Of a stretch of 33,334 nt of DNA, positions 18,732 through 31,739 are shown one piece after another. The position numbers and the translations under genes are program-made. The notes under the pieces were generated by a model. It saw nothing but the letters and a program-made list of their open reading frames with translations. It was not told where the DNA came from and searched no databases. Source of the DNA: an uncultured delta proteobacterium. GTDB lineage: Bacteria > Desulfobacterota > Desulfobacteria > Desulfobacterales > JAFDCJ01. The stretch is taken from NCBI GenBank assembly GCA_963769935.1, contig CAVYNY010000029.1, positions 1 through 33,334 of the forward strand, given 5' to 3'. Positions within the stretch are counted from its first letter, which is position 1; each line of letters starts with the position of its first letter.

Positions 18732-21118
18732 ACATAAAAAAAGAAAAAAGTATCCAGGCAATTCGGAAAATTATAAACGATATTGAAACCGTGGAATTTA
18801 GTGATCAAGAGGCGTGGCAGAGCATTCGTTTTGAGCTGGATGCCGTTGTCCAAAATTTTCCCAAGAAGATTTCCGTGCCGTTAAAAACCATCGGCCTGTG
18901 CCTTAAAGGAGTTCAAGCGTTCAGCGCACAAAGGGGAACGTCATCTTTTGCGCTTATAGAAGCCATATCCAATGGCTTGAATGCTTCGGAACATTATCTT
19001 TTGGATAACCCTGATAAGAAACATGTGATTCAAACGGCTGAGCGGCAGCTAAAACAGGCCCTGGCCAAAGCGCAGGAGGGGACGGAAGAAAAACCGGCAT
19101 CCGAGACCGCGCAACCCAACGATCTGTCGACGGTTTGCCCTGAAGATGCCGCCGCGCTTTTAATTCAGCTTGAAGCGAATGATCCGCCCGGACCGGCGGG
19201 TCTGAAAGAAACGCTGCCGGACAGTCCGGTACCTGAAGATTCTTTTGCAGCGCCGGACGGTCAGCCGGAGGCTGATAATTCAGAGCACGATTACATGCCG
19301 CAAGACGGGGACGCGGAGCTTTTAGGCGAGTTTATAACCGAAAGCAGCGAGTTGATTGCCGGCGCCGAGGAGGCTTTGTTAACGCTTGAAACCGACCCTG
19401 ACGATGTGGAGGCCATCGGAATGGTTTTTCGCGCGTTTCACACCGTCAAGGGAACCGCGGCCTTTATGGATCTGACGCTGATATCTGAATTAGGTCATCA
19501 TGCGGAGTCGCTTTTAAGCCGGGTGCGCGACGGTGAAATCAGATACGGCGGCGGGTATGCCGATTTGTCCCTGCGTGCGCTGGATATGATTAAGGACCTG
19601 ATCTCTGCCGTTAAGGATGCCCTGGGCGGCGGGCGACTGACCAAACCCGATGGTTATGATGATTTGATGGGGATTCTAGCCGATCCTGAAGCAGCCGGCA
19701 TATCAAATGAGTTGGATGAAGTGTCCGCCCCGCGCCTGGGTGATGTGTTGGTCGCGCAGGGCAAGGTTGAACGAAAGCAAGTTGAGCAAACTGCGCAACG
19801 CCATCCGGATGAGAAAATCGGCGCAGCCATGGTCAAAGATAAGGCCGCCTCGGTTACCGATGTCGGCCGGGCCCTTCGCACCCAGAAGCGCCTGCAGGGC
19901 AGCAACCAGATGGTGGAGTCATCGGTGCGGATGAGCACGCAGCGGCTGGATCGTTTAATTGATATGGTCGGAGAATTGGTGATCGCCCATTCCATGGTGG
20001 CTCAGGACGAAGTAGTAGTCAACGGCGAGCACCATGGACTGCTAAAAAAGATTTCCCACACCAGCAAGATCGTCCGCGAATTGCAGGGCCTCAGCATGTC
20101 GATGCGGATGGTGCCGCTCAAAGCGAGCTTTAATAAAATGGCCCGGTTGGTCCGGGATTTGTCGCGCAAGGTGGGTAAACAGATAACTTTTGAGACCGAG
20201 GGCGAAGACACCGAGATCGACCGCAACCTGGTGGATGTCATCAACGATCCCCTGGTGCACATGGTTCGCAATGCCGTGGACCATGGCATTGAGCTGCCTG
20301 AAATAAGAGTAAAAAACGGTAAGCCCGAATACGGCACGGTCAAGCTATCCGCCTACCACTCGGCCGGCAATGTGGTTGTGGAGATAAATGACGACGGCAA
20401 GGGCCTGGATCGCGAGGCGATTCTTGCCAAGGCCAAGCAACGGGGACTGATCGATGAGGGGTCTTCGCCCAGCGATCGGGAAGTATTTAACCTGGTCTTT
20501 GAACCGGGCTTTTCCACGGCCCAGACGGTGACGGATGTCTCGGGGCGCGGGGTGGGGATGGATGTGGTGAGAAAAAACATTGAATCGCTGCGCGGTCAGA
20601 CTGAAATTAAATCCGAACCGGGAAAAGGCAGCGTGTTTAAAATGAGTCTGCCGCTGACCCTGGCCATTATCGATGGCATGGTGGTGAGGGTGGGGTCTGA
20701 AGCCTACATCATTCCAACAGTATCAATTATCCGATCCATCAAGCCGGAGCCGGGTGATATTTCCACCGTACACCATCAAGTTGAGATGTTGTCGCTGCGG
20801 GGAGAACTCATTCCCTTGTTTCGGCTGGCTGATCTTTACCACATTGACGATGCAAAGCAGAGTCAAAACCAGGAGATTGTGGTTGTGGTTGAAGACGAAG
20901 AGCGTCAAGCGGGATTAATCATTGATGACTTGATCGGCAGACAACAGGTGGTGATCAAGACATTGGGTGAGACCATGAATGCTATCCCCGGAATAGCGGG
21001 CGGCGCCATCATGCCCAGTGGCCGGGTAGGGCTAATCGTTGATGTCGGCAGTCTGGTCAGGTTTGCAAACACAGGACATGGCGAAGGGGCAACGGAAGAA
21101 CATGAAATACGTTGCTGA
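18728..21118 (+). CDS. cheA: Chemotaxis histidine kinase CheA
   Basis: Hpt FRAFHTVKG, dimerisation RLDRLIDMVGELVI, HMVRNAVDHGIE, DDGKGLD, FEPGFSTA...SGRGVGMDVV, LPLTLAI and a C-terminal CheW-like domain. It has an extra N-terminal helical region. Confidence 0.97.
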   Translation: MNIKKEKSIQAIRKIINDIETVEFSDQEAWQSIRFELDAVVQNFPKKISVPLKTIGLCLKGVQAFSAQRGTSSFALIEAISNGLNASEHYLLDNPDKKHVIQTAERQLKQALAKAQEGTEEKPASETAQPNDLSTVCPEDAAALLIQLEANDPPGPAGLKETLPDSPVPEDSFAAPDGQPEADNSEHDYMPQDGDAELLGEFITESSELIAGAEEALLTLETDPDDVEAIGMVFRAFHTVKGTAAFMDLTLISELGHHAESLLSRVRDGEIRYGGGYADLSLRALDMIKDLISAVKDALGGGRLTKPDGYDDLMGILADPEAAGISNELDEVSAPRLGDVLVAQGKVERKQVEQTAQRHPDEKIGAAMVKDKAASVTDVGRALRTQKRLQGSNQMVESSVRMSTQRLDRLIDMVGELVIAHSMVAQDEVVVNGEHHGLLKKISHTSKIVRELQGLSMSMRMVPLKASFNKMARLVRDLSRKVGKQITFETEGEDTEIDRNLVDVINDPLVHMVRNAVDHGIELPEIRVKNGKPEYGTVKLSAYHSAGNVVVEINDDGKGLDREAILAKAKQRGLIDEGSSPSDREVFNLVFEPGFSTAQTVTDVSGRGVGMDVVRKNIESLRGQTEIKSEPGKGSVFKMSLPLTLAIIDGMVVRVGSEAYIIPTVSIIRSIKPEPGDISTVHHQVEMLSLRGELIPLFRLADLYHIDDAKQSQNQEIVVVVEDEERQAGLIIDDLIGRQQVVIKTLGETMNAIPGIAGGAIMPSGRVGLIVDVGSLVRFANTGHGEGATEEHEIRC

Positions 21119-21575
21119 GGTGGGAGACATGAAGGTCGGCCGTGGGGCGGATTTGCTGGTAACCCACGCGCTGGGCAGCTGTCTGGGGCTGATGGTCTAT
21201 GACCCCGTAGCGAAGGTCGGCGGACTGTTGCATGCCATGTTGCCGCTTTCCAAAATCAATCAGCAGAAGGCGGCTGCGAATCCCTTTATGTTTGTGGATA
21301 CAGGGGTGCCGGCGTTGTTTAAAACCTTATATGGGCTTGGGGGGCAGAAAAGACAGATGATTGTCAAAGCCGCCGGCTGCGGCAACCCCATCGGGAAAGA
21401 GGAAATGTTTAAAATCGGTGAGCGCAACTATACGATGCTTAAAAAGCTGTTGTGGAAAAATGACGTCCTGCTGGCAGCCGATGATGTCGGTGGAACTAAA
21501 AGCCGTACAGTTCATTTTGACCTTGCAACGGGTCAGATACTTATCAGCAGCAATGGTAAAAAGTGGCAGCTATGA
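21102..21575 (+). CDS. cheD: Chemoreceptor glutamine deamidase CheD
   Basis: THALGSCLG, GGLLHAMLP, KIGERN and DVGG..SRTV. ATG 21102 overlaps the end of cheA. Confidence 0.93.
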   Translation: MKYVAEVGDMKVGRGADLLVTHALGSCLGLMVYDPVAKVGGLLHAMLPLSKINQQKAAANPFMFVDTGVPALFKTLYGLGGQKRQMIVKAAGCGNPIGKEEMFKIGERNYTMLKKLLWKNDVLLAADDVGGTKSRTVHFDLATGQILISSNGKKWQL

Positions 21576-22423
21576 AGCAAACCAAAATACAGCAAATCAT
21601 GGCGACGGTGAAATCTTTTCCCGGCATGCCGTGGACGGCAGCCAAATTGCTTTCACTGCTCGACAAGCCGGATACGACTGTTTCTCAAATTGAAGAAATC
21701 TTACGATACGACCCGGGACTTACCGCCAATGTGTTGAAGCTGACAAACTCCGCCTATTTCGGATTGCCGGCCAGGATCGGTTCCGTGAGGCAGGCCGTTA
21801 TTATGCTGGGCGAAAAAAGAATGGTGCAGTTGGTGCTGGCATCGTGCGTGCGGGCGGCGATGGACAAAGAAGTTGAGGGCTATGATCTGCCGGCCGGCGA
21901 GCTTTGGCGACACTCTATTGCCGTGTCGGTGGCGGCCGAAACTCTGGTCAGGGAACTAGGAATTGCGGCGGTTGACGTCGTGTTTACAGCCGCCCTGCTG
22001 CATGATGTGGGCAAGTTGGCTTTGGGTTGTTTTGTAAAGGATGACCTTGAAAAAATTGAGGACACCGCATCTGAAGAAATTCCTTTTGAAGTTGCGGAAC
22101 AATTTGTTCTGGGAACCAATCACGCTGAACTCGGCGCCATAATTCTGAACAGTTGGTCATTTCCGGCAGATATTGTCAGCGCAGTTCAATGGCACCACGC
22201 CCCGGACGCCGGCGGGCAGACTAGCACCTTAATCGATATTGTCCATGTGGCCGATGTCTTGAGTGTGATGATCGGAATCGGCGGGGGCCGTGAAGGCCTG
22301 CGGCACCAGCCATCGGGCTCTGCTACCAAAAGATTGGGGCTTAAGCCGTTTGTGCTGGAAAAGGTTGCCAGCCAAACATTGCAATGGGTGAGCGAACTAT
22401 CTGATGTTTTCGGATCAAATTAA
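21572..22423 (+). CDS. HDOD domain protein
   Basis: DPGLTANVLKLTNSAYFG...SVRQAVIMLG, LWRHS, ALLHDVGKL, HAELG...W.FP...AVQWHH. ATGA overlap with cheD. Confidence 0.93.
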   Translation: MKQTKIQQIMATVKSFPGMPWTAAKLLSLLDKPDTTVSQIEEILRYDPGLTANVLKLTNSAYFGLPARIGSVRQAVIMLGEKRMVQLVLASCVRAAMDKEVEGYDLPAGELWRHSIAVSVAAETLVRELGIAAVDVVFTAALLHDVGKLALGCFVKDDLEKIEDTASEEIPFEVAEQFVLGTNHAELGAIILNSWSFPADIVSAVQWHHAPDAGGQTSTLIDIVHVADVLSVMIGIGGGREGLRHQPSGSATKRLGLKPFVLEKVASQTLQWVSELSDVFGSN

Positions 22424-22443
22424 GATCCAAAGGGGTTGGAAAA

Positions 22444-22825
22444 ATGGCGCTGAATGTTTTGATCGTGGATGACAGTGGGATCATGCGGGCGATGATCTTA
22501 AAAACCATGCGCATGAGCGGTCTTCCGCTCGGAGAGATCTACCAGGCGGCGGACGGTCGACAAGGGCTTAAAGCACTTAACGAGCATTGGATAGATTTGG
22601 TGCTGCTGGATATCAATATGCCGGTCATGAATGGCGAACAGATGATAGAGTGTATGCGCAAGGATCCTGATTTGAGAGACACGCCGGTTGTCGTTGTTTC
22701 AACTGAAGGCAGCGAGACGCGCATAGAACGTCTTCAAAGCAAAGGGGTGCGGTTTATCCACAAACCGTTTTCCCCGGAAATCATTCGGGACACTGTTCAA
22801 GATATCTTAGGCGTGGGCGCCGGTG

Positions 22826-22833
<8 letters not shown>
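22444..22833 (+). CDS. cheY: CheY-like single-domain response regulator
   Basis: VLIVDDS...DLVLLDINMPVMNG...VVVVSTEG...FIHKPF, inside the che operon. Confidence 0.88.
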
Positions 22834-25252
<2,419 letters not shown>

Positions 25253-25316
25253 TAAAAAATTAACAGGTGCTCATAAAAACTTATTAGAAGTATCGAGGAA
25301 AAAGGAGTTTTGACTC

Positions 25317-25538
25317 ATGCACGGAATTGATAATTTGAAGAATAATTTAGTGATGGGAAAAGCGACTTTTGGAGAGTTGAAGGAAACTCTCATGGCGTTT
25401 CGTAAAAAAGAGACTGAACTCAGGCAGTCTGAGAAGGCGCTGTACGAGAAGGAGCGTTATTTTAGATCATTAATTTCAAATACCTTAATCGAATCAATAG
25501 CGGAAGGTATGGCATTTGATCTTGGAGGATTACAATGA
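25317..25538 (+). pseudogene. Short chimeric remnant (pre-PAS coiled coil fused to an unrelated C-terminus)
   Basis: RBS aaggag. ...LRQSEKALYEKERYFRSLISN resembles the PAS entry at about 6285 ([14 protein letters not shown]), but no PAS follows. The stop overlaps the next ATG. Confidence 0.5.
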
Positions 25539-25921
25539 GTGTAAAAATATTAACCGTTGATGACAATAAAACGATTCGGGTGGGGGTGAAGAAAGCATTT
25601 CAGGCATTTGATTGTGAGATCATTGAAGGGGAAAACGGCGCCGAGGGCATAGCTGCTGCTGTCTTAGAGAAACCGGATTTGATTCTGCTGGATATTACCA
25701 TGCCTGTTATGAATGGGATCGAAATGCTGCAAGAATTAAAGTGCAAGCCCGCCTTAAAGGATATCCCGGTCATCATGCTGACGGCTGGATCGAGCAAAGA
25801 AAACGTGATGAGGGTCGTCATGACGGGTGTTGAAGACTACATCGTCAAACCCTTTAAAGGTGAAGAATTAATTCAGAGGATCAAAAAGATAGTAAAGCTG
25901 GCGCCTAAAAAGGCAGTTTAA
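25535..25921 (+). CDS. Single-domain response regulator
   Basis: KILTVDDN...PDLILLDITMPVMNG...VIMLTA...DYIVKPF; RBS ggagg. Confidence 0.92.
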   Translation: MSVKILTVDDNKTIRVGVKKAFQAFDCEIIEGENGAEGIAAAVLEKPDLILLDITMPVMNGIEMLQELKCKPALKDIPVIMLTAGSSKENVMRVVMTGVEDYIVKPFKGEELIQRIKKIVKLAPKKAV

Positions 25922-26120
25922 GCACCGTAATCAGAGAACGCTGACTCTAAAAAATTTTTTGATTTCTTACGATGTTAATTGTCCGGCTTTGTAGGCAGCG
26001 ACTATCCAGAAGATCTCACAGTCATTCGGACTAAACGGTCGATGTGACGGTTTATTTGAATATCGAAAGTGATCTTGGCAAAACCATTCGTAAAACGTTG
26101 GGTAAAAGAGAGGTTGCCGG

Positions 26121-26882
26121 ATGAACGAGCGCAATATCCTAGTTGTCGATGATGAAGCCCCCATTCGGGATATGATTGAGGCGGCTTTCCTTAGAGTCGG
26201 TTATTCGATTTTTTCGGCGATAAATGGTGAGCAGGCTTTGGAGATTTTAAATCATGAATCGATTCCCCTCATGTTCCTGGATTTAGGATTGGAAACCATA
26301 ACCGGATTTGAACTGTGTGAACGAATTCGAAAAGATCACGCCGAATCGATCATTTACGCCTTAACAGGATATGCTGGCCTCTTTGACCCCAATGAATTCC
26401 TGGTGGCCGGCTTTGACGATTGTCTTTGCAAACCGATAAGTATTCAGGTGCTTTATGAAGTGGCCAGGAATTCGTTTGCGGAGTTGGACCGGCGGGCCGA
26501 GCTGCCGCCTAAAAAAGCCGTCGAGCGAATTCTTATCATTGACGATGACGACCAGTTTCGCAAGATGCTGCGGTGGAATTTGGAACATGCAGGTTATGAG
26601 GTCATGGAAGCGTGCGACGGCCGACAAGGCATCGAACGCTTTTCAGAAATGCCTGCCGATCTGGTCATCACCGACATCGTCATGCCGGTAAAAGAAGGTG
26701 TTGAAACCATTTTAGAAATTAAAGAGGCCCATCCGGAAGTTAAATTTATAGCTGTTTCCGGGGGCGGCTGGCAAGCCTTTGAGATCGACTTTGAGATGGC
26801 CCGAACACTCGGCGCACGCACCTTGAAAAAGCCGTTTCAGCGCGATGAAATTTTGGAGATGATCGAAGATTTTAAAAATTGA
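26121..26882 (+). CDS. Dual-receiver (REC-REC) response regulator (copy 1)
   Basis: ILVVDDE...MFLDLG...ALTGY...KPI and ILIIDDD...DLVITDIVMP...IAVSGG...KKPF. Confidence 0.92.
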   Translation: MNERNILVVDDEAPIRDMIEAAFLRVGYSIFSAINGEQALEILNHESIPLMFLDLGLETITGFELCERIRKDHAESIIYALTGYAGLFDPNEFLVAGFDDCLCKPISIQVLYEVARNSFAELDRRAELPPKKAVERILIIDDDDQFRKMLRWNLEHAGYEVMEACDGRQGIERFSEMPADLVITDIVMPVKEGVETILEIKEAHPEVKFIAVSGGGWQAFEIDFEMARTLGARTLKKPFQRDEILEMIEDFKN

Positions 26883-26990
26883 CTGGCTAATAGGCGAATT
26901 TGAAGGGATTGGAGGAATATGTCATCCAGGCAAGGAAACGAGGTAATTATGACCGATTTTTGGAAATACTTCTGAATGCAGGAGCTGATG

Positions 26991-27479
26991 ATGAGTGAAA
27001 AAATGAAAGCAATTCTAACTCAAACGGCCATAAAGACTTTTGAAGAACTGGTCTTTTTGTTTGCATTTGCCGAGGCTGAAGCTGATACCAGTCAGGCGAA
27101 AGGCGTGGCGGTTGCCAGGGTTGGGTTTTCAGGCGACTTTTCAGGCACCCTTGACATAAAGCTATCGGCTGAAGTTTTACCGGAACTCACCGCCAACATG
27201 CTCGGCGTGGATGACGATGAGGAAACGACTTTGGACCAACAATATGATGCGCTCAAGGAGACTTTAAACGTAATCTGCGGCAATTTGTTGCCTGCGATTG
27301 CCGGCAAGCAGAAAATTTTTAACATCGATCCGCCGGAGATTATTTCAACAGAGGAGGCCATAAAAACCAACATCGGGCAAAAGGCCGCCTGCAATGTGAC
27401 CCTGTCACTTGACGGAGAAAAATGCACCCTTGTTTTGTTCACGGATGACCGATTTTCCATAGATGCCCCGATATCGTAG
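26991..27479 (+). CDS. CheX-like protein
   Basis: TFEELVFLF...VGFSGDFSGTL...ELTANMLG...DALKETLNVICGNLLP (E-x-x-N motif). Start is 26988 or 26991 after ggag. Confidence 0.8.
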   Translation: MSEKMKAILTQTAIKTFEELVFLFAFAEAEADTSQAKGVAVARVGFSGDFSGTLDIKLSAEVLPELTANMLGVDDDEETTLDQQYDALKETLNVICGNLLPAIAGKQKIFNIDPPEIISTEEAIKTNIGQKAACNVTLSLDGEKCTLVLFTDDRFSIDAPIS

Positions 27480-27669
27480 CGAGATATATTAAATAGGGAT
27501 CACCGATGAGGCCGAATTTGGAGGCAACGTATAAATAATAATAGGAACCGATAGGAGGGGTTTATCAGCAACAGGCCCTGCTGGAGAAGGTGCGCGGCAG
27601 CATGCTGAACGGCAGCGATTGCCCTGATGATCAGCCCCACCACCAGCACCAGATTCACAGAGAGTTTCG

Positions 27670-30318
27670 ATGCATAGACAACCATCTGCGTCGGGAAAGC
27701 GAATTGTCTTCAGGCGGTACAGCATTCTTTTGATGATAGCATGGACTGCTGTGATTGCCGGTTCAATGGGATGGACAATTTACCAGGAAAAAAATGCGGC
27801 TAAACAAATGGCAAGGCACGAGGCGGGGGCGATGTTTCAAAAGGATCCTATTTATCGGCTCTGGAATGCTGATCATGGAGGTGTGTATGCACCGATAACA
27901 CCTCAGACTCAACCCAATCCTTACCTTTCCCACATAACCGAACGAGATATACAAACGCCTTCGGGTCACCCACTGACCCTCATCAACCCGGCTTACATGA
28001 CCCGCCAGGTATATAAGCTAGGCCTGGAAAAATACGGCTCCCGGGGCCACATTACCAGCCTGAAACCGATCCGCCCGGAAAACGCCCCCGATCAGTGGGA
28101 AAAAAGCGCCCTGCGATCATTTGAACAAGGCAGCCAGGAGGCAATTGCGTTGGCCAACCTCGAAGACGGACCCTACTTGAGGTTTATGCGCCCTCTCGTC
28201 ACCAAGAAAGGGTGCCTCAAATGCCATGCGCAGCAAGGATACAAAGCCGGCGACATCCGCGGCGGGATCAGTTTATCCGTGCCGGAGACACCCTATCTAA
28301 CCTTGGAGCATCGGCCACGGCGTCTTTTGGCTTTTGGGGCTGGTGGGAATCACCCTGGGGAATCGGAGGCTCGGCCGGCACGAAAGAAAGCTAATTGATA
28401 ATCAAAACCGGCTCGCGGTGATTTTCGACGCCATCCAAAGCGGCGTGCTTTTGATCGCCAGGGAGACCCATACCATTTTGGACGTGAATCCGGCCGCGTG
28501 CAAGATCATCGGTGCTTCTAAAGAAGAAATCGTCGGCAAGGTTTGCCATCGCTTCATCTGTCAGGCTCAGAAGGGCGCCTGTCCGATTACGGATTTGGGC
28601 AAGACGGTGCATAACGGAGAAACAGAGCTTTTAAAAGCCGATGGAACCTGTGCCCATGTACTCAAAACGGTCGTTCCCATAACAGTCAAAGACTGCGATT
28701 GTCTGTTGGACTGCTTCGTGGATATCACCGAGCGTCGGCAAATGGAGCAGGGGATGAAAAATCTCCTCGCAGCCCGGGAAAGGCAGGCTGTTCAACTACA
28801 AAGGAATAACGAAGCGTTGCTGGCCAGCGAGAAAGAATTTCGCAGCATATTCGAATCATTTCAGGACCTGTATTTCAGATCTGATATCAAAGGGATTTTG
28901 GAAATGATCAGCCCGTCCGTGAAGCCCCTTGCCGGACATAGAGCTGATGAGCTTATCGGCAAACCCGTTTTGGAGACATTTGTTGCGGTTTCCGACCGCG
29001 ACGAATTGATGTCAGCCTTGCTGGAGTCCGGTAAAGTCAACAACTACGAGCTGGAACTGAAGAAGAAAAGTGGAGAGGTCGCGGTTGTAAGCCTGAACGC
29101 TCAAATTGTAAAGGACAGCCAGGGCAAACCCTCTGCTGTTGAAGGCGTGATGAGAGATGACACCACACTCAAGCAGCAAGAAGAGGACCTCAAGTCCCTC
29201 AATCAGGAGCTCGAGCAAGCCATCGTGCGCGCTAATGCAATGGCCGCGGAGGCGGAGATAGCCAATGCGGTAAAAAGTGAATTTCTTGCGAATATGAGCC
29301 ACGAGATCAGAACGCCGATGAATGGTGTCATCGGGATGACCGGATTGCTGCTGGACACTAACCTTACGGATGAACAAAATATGCCGGTATCGTTCGAACC
29401 AGCGGCGAGTCCTTATTAGCCTTGATCAATGACATCCTGGATTTTTCGAAAATCGAAGCCGGGAAACTTGAATTGGAGATCCTTAATTTCGATCTGCGCA
29501 CCACACTCGAAGACATTTCTGAAGTGCTGGCGGTGAAAGCTCATGAAAAATACCTGGAGCTGACCTTTTTTATCGACCCGGAAGCGCCGTCACTTTTAAA
29601 AGGCGACCCGGGGCGGCTGAGGCAAATCATTGTCAACCTGGTAGGCAACGCCGTCAAATTCACCCACGCAGGTGAGGTGGCTGTAGAGGTCAATATTGAA
29701 AAAGAGGAACCACAAACCATATGTCTTCGGTTCACCGTGACGGATATCGGCATCGGTATCCCATCCAACCGGCTGAAGGTATTGTTCTCACCGTTTACCC
29801 AACTTGACGGCTCCACGACCCGCAAATTCGGGGGCACCGGTTTGGGGCTATCCATCTCCAAGCAATTGACCGAGTTAATGGGCGGCAAAATAGGCATCGA
29901 AAGCCGGGAAGGTGAAGGGACTACTTTCTGGTTCACTGCCCGGTTCGGCAAACAATCCGAGCAAGACCTGTCCTGTGTTGTTACGGCCACTGAGATTCGC
30001 GATGTGCATATGTTGATAGTGGATGACCACAAAACCAACCGGTTGCTGGTAACCACGCTACTGCACTCATGGGGGTGCCGGTGCGAGGAAGCTATGGATT
30101 GCCAGATGCCGGAGATGGACGGGTACGAAGCGGCCCGTAAGATCCGCCAGGGAGATGGCGGCAGGATCAACTGCCAAGTACCGGTGATTGCCATGACGGC
30201 CCACGCAATGAAAGGCGACCGTGAAAGATGCATTGAAGCCGGCATGAACGATTACATCCCCAAACCAGTCAATCCCAAGGTTATCGCCGAAACACTGGAG
30301 CGATGGATTTTCAAGTAG
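27670..30318 (+). CDS. Hybrid histidine kinase with periplasmic heme-c-binding (DUF3365/Tll0287-like) domain, two PAS, HisKA, HATPase and a partly deleted REC; frameshifts at about 28305 and 29378
   Basis: [53 protein letters not shown] and TM ([13 protein letters not shown]). Then [62 protein letters not shown] and [10 protein letters not shown]. Confidence 0.9.
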
Positions 30319-30360
30319 AATGATGCACATAATTCCAAATCAGAGTCCCCGGCAAACGAA

Positions 30361-30723
30361 ATGAACACCGGTGCTTCAGAAGGCGTCTTTTCGGATTCCG
30401 ACCTTTTCAATCGGCAGATATTGATCGACCGACTGATGGGAGACGAAGAGTTGGCTGACAGCGTCATCAGCGGGTTTTTAGACGATATTCCCAAACAAAT
30501 CGCTGCCCTTAAAAAATTCGTCGAGCATGGGCATGCAAAGCGGGCCGGCGCGCAGGGGCACAGAATAAAAGGGGCTGCCGGGAACATTGGAAGCCAGGCT
30601 CTCCAAGAGGTCGCTTACGCCCTGGAAAATGCCGGGAGAGCAAAAGATTCTGCACAGCTTAACGATTTGATGCTGCAGTTGGAAAGTCGGTTTAAGGAAC
30701 TGAAAACGTTCATGGAGGCATGA
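30361..30723 (+). CDS. Hpt (histidine phosphotransfer) domain, in frame with the upstream kinase
   Basis: DRLMGDEEL...FLDD...[16 protein letters not shown]...LE. Separated from the kinase only by TAG 30316-30318 and a stop-free 14-codon linker. Confidence 0.9.
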   Translation: MNTGASEGVFSDSDLFNRQILIDRLMGDEELADSVISGFLDDIPKQIAALKKFVEHGHAKRAGAQGHRIKGAAGNIGSQALQEVAYALENAGRAKDSAQLNDLMLQLESRFKELKTFMEA

Positions 30724-31181
30724 CATTAATGCAGGTTCTTGTACTGACCGCCAGAGGTGAAAGCCGGGATATTGTCCATGGGCTCGAAGCAGGCGCAGAC
30801 GAATATGTCGCCAAACCTTTCGATAATGAGGAGTTGCGAGCTCGCGTCAATGCAGGGCGCAGGATGATAGATTTGCAAAACAAGCTTCGGCAGCGGGAGA
30901 AACTCGAAGGCATACTGGAAATGGCCGGTGCGGTGTGCCATGAAATCAATCAGCCGCTGCAGGCGGTCAGCGGTTGGTCGGAATTGTTGCTTTTTGATTT
31001 GGAGGAAAGCAACCCGCACTATGAAACCTTGAAGAAAATCAAGGAAGGTGTGGATCGTATCGGGGAACTGACACGGAAGGTCATGAAAATATCCAAATAC
31101 CGATCAAAAGGCTATATGGGCGGTAGAGGAATGATTATCGACATTGATCAGGCATCAGAACCGAAAAATCAATTTCACTGA
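30720..31181 (+). pseudogene. REC-HisKA protein missing the N-terminal half of the receiver
   Basis: [34 protein letters not shown] is only the beta4-beta5 half of a REC (no DD, no phospho-Asp). H-box [12 protein letters not shown] follows; there is no HATPase. Confidence 0.75.
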
Positions 31182-31204
31182 ATTGACGAAAGGAGTATAG
31201 CACA

Positions 31205-31588
31205 TTGGAGAGAAAAATTTTAGTGGTAGATGATGAAAAACAGATTCGCGATATTTATTCACAAGCATTTTCAAGGGCCGGCTATGAGGTGACTACTGCG
31301 GAAAGTGCTGAAGAAGCACTGGAGATCGTCCGAAAAACGCCCTTCTGGGTCCTTTTTTTAGATCTGAATTTGCCCGGCAGGAATGGGGTCGAGCTATGCC
31401 GGAAAATAAAAAATAAATATCCCATGGCAGTTCCTGTTGCAGTCACCGGTTATGCCTCGCTTTTCGAACTCACTGATTGTCGCGATGCAGGCTTTGAAGA
31501 CTACTTCACCAAACCGGCCAATCTTTCCGAGTTGCTTGAGGCGGCTGATTATGCCTTCAAAAAACTCGAACGCTGGAAAAAACGATAA
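31205..31588 (+). CDS. Single-domain response regulator
   Basis: RBS aaggag with TTG start; KILVVDDE...LFLDLNLPG...AVTGY...DYFTKP. Same subfamily as REC1 of the dual-receiver proteins. Confidence 0.9.
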   Translation: MERKILVVDDEKQIRDIYSQAFSRAGYEVTTAESAEEALEIVRKTPFWVLFLDLNLPGRNGVELCRKIKNKYPMAVPVAVTGYASLFELTDCRDAGFEDYFTKPANLSELLEAADYAFKKLERWKKR

Positions 31589-31607
31589 CGGCAATGGGGA
31601 CTTTGCA

Positions 31608-31724
31608 ATGCGGCAACACCATGACAAAGGCAGCTCTCCGACCGCAGTCTTGGTCACTGACGACCTGACTCAGCTCAACGTCATTGCATTATCTCATTAT
31701 TTCCCAAAGGAAACGCTCAACTGA
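31608..31724 (+). pseudogene. Possible 5' stub of a receiver protein, ending inside the cheW duplication
   Basis: MRQHHDKGSSPTAVLVTDDLTQLNVIAL... looks like REC beta1-DD-alpha1. Its last codons lie in the duplicated cheW leader (31710 onward). Confidence 0.45.
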
Positions 31725-31739
31725 GTGGAGGCTTTTAAA

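Noticed and set aside
27489..27725. Minus-strand ORFs with a hydrophobic stretch before the heme-c kinase
   Set aside because: They are short, overlap the kinase start and match no family I recognise.
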